Notes under the pieces: model-generated
What the model saw: the letters and a program-made list of their open reading frames with translations, nothing else
The model's database searches: none
Told to the model about the DNA's origin: nothing
Shown: piece after piece, positions 60,404 through 64,000 of the stretch
Numbering within the stretch: the stretch's first letter is position 1
Layout: the number at the start of each line of letters is the position of its first letter
Program-made: the position numbers and the translations under genes
NCBI GenBank assembly: GCA_030390025.1
Contig: CM059432.1
Span: forward strand, 135,968,001-136,032,000
Direction: 5' to 3'
DNA from: Squalus acanthias
Taxonomy: Eukaryota
DNA length: 64,000 bases

Positions 60404-63193
60404 AATTAAAGAGCAGGACCTCGAGGGTAATAATCTCTGGATTATTGCCCGAGCCACGTGCCAATTAGCATAGAAGCAGACAGATCAGGAGAATTAACAC
60501 GTGGCTAAAGGGCTGGTGTGGGAAAGAGGGGTTCCTTTTCATGGGACACTGGCACCAGTACTGGGACAGGAAGGAGCTGTACAGATGGGACAGGCTCCAC
60601 CTGAACCGGGATGGGACCCGTGTCCGAGCGGAAAGGGTAAATAGGGAGGTGGCAAAGGTTTTAAACCAGTAAGATGGGGGGAGGGATCTACAAGAAATTA
60701 AACCAGCCTACATATAAAGAAAACAGGAAAGGAGAGCATAGGAAAGAGTAAAGTAAGGGAGGATATTGATTACCAGGGAATAAATGGAGTTATAGAACAG
60801 GAGTGTAAAAAGATGGTTAAAAATAAAGTGAAAGGAACTGCTATTAAAAATGAATTAAACTGTCCGTACAGCAATGCACACAGTGTCCGTAATAAAACAG
60901 GGGAGCTGGAGGCAATCATGCGTTGTGAGGAACCAGACATAGTAGGGATTACTGAGACATGGTTACAGAAAAATCATGACTGGGAATTAAACATTGCAGG
61001 GTCTAACATATTTTGAAAGATAGAGAGGGAAAAAGGGGAGGTAGAGTAGCTGTACTTATTAGGGATAACATAATGGCAGTAGAAAAAAGTGACGCAGTTA
61101 TCAACATGACAGAAATAGAATCCATGTGGATAGAGATAAAAGATAATAAAGGATCAATCACACTAATTAGGGGTAGTCTACAGGCTACCTAATAGTGGAA
61201 GGGAGGTGGAGGAATAAATATGCAAACAAATTAGGGAAATGAGTAAAAAACATAGAATAATAATCATGGGGGCTTTCAACTACCCCGATATTAATTGGAC
61301 AGAAGAGGTAGGTAAAGGGGATAAGGGAATGGAGTTCCTACAATGTGTACAGGACACCTTTCTAACCCAATATGTAAAAAGCCCATAAAGGGAGGATTCG
61401 CTATTGGATCTAGTAATGGGGAATGAACCAGAGCAGATAAGAGAAGTAAAAGTAGGGGAACATCTAGGCAATAGTGACCATAATATAATACGTTTTAAAA
61501 TAATCATTGAGAAGGACATAAGTATGACGAAGACCAGGGTAATAGATTGGAGAAAAGCTAATTTTGAGGGGCTGAGAATAGAACTTGGGAAAATAAAATG
61601 GACAACAATATTGGCAACCAATGATGTAGAACAGCAATGGGAAACATTTAAAATGGTGTTTAACAGAGTCCAGGAAAAATATATTCCGCTAAAAAAACAA
61701 GAACAAGCTAAACACTAATGAGACACCATGGATGAATAAACCCATAAGAGAAAAATTGAGGGAAAGGAAAGAGTCATACATTAAATACATGGATACCAGA
61801 CGAGAGCATGATAAGGAGAAATACGAAGAGATTAGGAAAGAAGTCAAAAAAACAATTAGGAATGCAAAGAGGAACTATGACATTAAATTATCAAGGAACA
61901 TAAAACAAAATAGTAAAATATTTTACAGGCAGATCAATAAAAAAAGGAAGGTCAGGATGGGAATAGGGCCACTAAGGGATGGGCAGGATTATACCACAGG
62001 CAGTGATAGAGAGATGGCAGAAATATTAAATAATTACTTTGCCTCAGTATTTACCAGGGAGATAGAACAGGTGGACATGACATTGGATCATGAGGTTAGT
62101 AATGAAATAACTGCATTTAAAATAAAAAGAGGAGATATATTAAATAAACTAATCAAACTCAAAGAGAAAAAAAATCCCTAGTCCGGATGGATTACATCTG
62201 CGCTTTTTAAAAGAATCTAGGGAAGAGATAGCAGAGGCATTACTACACATATTTAATAATTCATTAGAAAAAGGTGAAGTGCCAGAGGACTGGCGGATAG
62301 CTAACATACCTATATTTAAGACGGGAGATAGAACATGTCCAGGGAATTATAGACCAGTCAGCTTAACATCGGTGGTAGGAAAAATAATGGAATCCCTACT
62401 AAAGGAGAAAATAGAAGAACATCTAGAAACCAAAAATATAATAATGAATAGTCAGCATGGATTTCAAAAGGGAAAGTCTTGCTTGACCAACCTCATTGAA
62501 TTTTTTGAAGAGGTGACAGAGAGAGTAGACAAGTTTAATACAGTAGATGTAATTTATCTAGATTTTCAAAAGGCCTTCGATAAAGTACCACATAATAGAC
62601 TAATGAGTAAGGTCAGAGAATGCGGAGTCAGGGGACAAGTAACAGAGTGGATAGCTAGCTGGCTTCAAGAACAGAAAGCAGAGAGTAGGGGTAAAGGGTA
62701 GCTATTCACAGTGGCAGAAGGTGGGAAGTGGTGTTCCACAAGGATCAATGGTGGGACCACTGCTGTTCACAATTTATATTAACGATTTAGACTTTGGAAT
62801 CAAAAACACAATTTCTAAATTTGCAGATAACACCAAATTAGGGGGGATAGTTAATACTGAGGAGGACTGCAACAAATTACAGGAAGATATTAATAAACTT
62901 GCAGAATGGGCATATAATTGGCAAATAAAATTCAACACAGATAAATGTGAGGTATTACATTTTGGTAGGAAGAATAGGGAGGTCACTTATCAGTTGGAAG
63001 GTGCGAGTCTAGGTGGGGTAGAGGAGCAAAGGGATCTCGGAGTACAAATACACAAATCACTAAAAGTAGCGACACAAGTTAACAAGGCCATAAAAAAGCA
63101 AACCAGGCACTAGGGTTTATTTCTAGAGGGATAGAATTGAAGAGTCGTGAAGTTATGCTAAACTTGTATCGAACCTTTGTTAGACCACACTTG
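60404..63193 (+). mobile_element. Long CR1 LINE: ORF1 esterase (SGNH/GDSL) remnant plus ORF2 APE/RT, decayed
   Basis: ORF1 RVIISGLLP...INTWLKGWC...DRLHLN; APE DIVGITETWL, HLGNSDH; RT YLDFQKAFDKVPH, GVPQGS, KFADN; broken by a Harbinger insertion after VRPHL. Confidence 0.93.
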
Positions 63194-64000
63194 GGGTTGG
63201 ATTTTACCAGCCCTGAGGAGGCGGGTTTGGAGGCGTGCGAGTTGTTAAAATCGCCAAAAATGGCGGGCGGGCCCGATCCCGCCTCCATCCCGCCTCCGAG
63301 CAATTTTCCCAAATTCGTGTTTGCTGACCCCCTTTCCATCCCGCCTCCAAGAGGCGGGATAGGCCCTTAAGGCCCTTAACAACCACTTAATTGCCTCTAT
63401 AATCCCATTTTGAGAGGCCTTTCCAATTTTTAGACATTCCCCCCTTCCTACACGCCTCCTCTGGAACATGCCAGGTAATGCTGGCAGCCTCACAAGTGGA
63501 TTGCTTATTAACAGCTGCAGCTCCACCATTACAAAGGAGTTTTCACCAATGATCATTTGCAGGTGGCAACACAGCATCCAAGTGACTACCCTTGTGACTA
63601 CTTGTGCTTTATCTTCCTCTTACGCGTGCTCCTACGTGGTGCTTCCCCTGTGGCTTCAGCAGATGTGAAGGCCCCTTGCTCACTCTCTTGCTGCTCCTGT
63701 CTCGATGCCTTTGGCGGGCGTCCTCTGGGGTGGCGAACCTGCGCGGGCTCGCCAACAGTCTGCTGCTCCTGCGGCTGTGCAAGGGTTGAGATGCCCATCT
63801 CAGTTGGGTGAGGACTCTGGTGGGGCTCTGACTGAGGACTTTGCTGTGGCATGGTCGTGTGAGCGCTTGGAGAGGAGCCCCCACTTCCTTGTTGTCTGTC
63901 ACCAACATCCCTCTCATGGGTCAGCCCCACTTCAGAGCTAGCAAATGGCTTGACAGCACCTTGCTGCACTGCAGGGGGGCCATGAGGACCCGTTTCTGCG
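63194..64000 (-). mobile_element. Second Myb/SANT-type Harbinger element (one end; continues beyond the window)
   Basis: TIR GGGTTGGATTTT at 63194; ORF 63598-63969 is homologous to the C-terminus of 24959-25885 (TSAEATGEAPRRSTRKRKIKH). Confidence 0.85.

Overview
Repeat-rich vertebrate genomic DNA. The repeat complement points to a cartilaginous fish (shark-like; inference): tRNA-headed DeuSINEs, several CR1 subfamilies, L2, RTE, two Penelope families with hammerhead ribozymes, and PIF/Harbinger and hAT DNA transposons. I recognised no host protein-coding gene; all long ORFs are transposon-derived, so the window is probably intronic or intergenic. Main structures: (1) an 8.2-kb TIR-bounded Harbinger element (20418-28605) carrying a 3-exon Myb/SANT gene but no DDE transposase core, with a related copy starting at 63194 and separate decayed HARBI1-type transposases at ~40000-40930 and ~4930-5185; (2) a near full-length single-ORF LINE with a tRNA-like Pol III head (21546-24832); (3) Penelope insertions whose truncation or inversion points cluster at the hammerhead; (4) repeat-poor, motif-dense blocks that may be conserved enhancers, plus one candidate orphan exon (8271-8359). 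No CRISPR, rRNA or bona fide tRNA gene was seen. Coordinates were read by eye and repeat boundaries are approximate.
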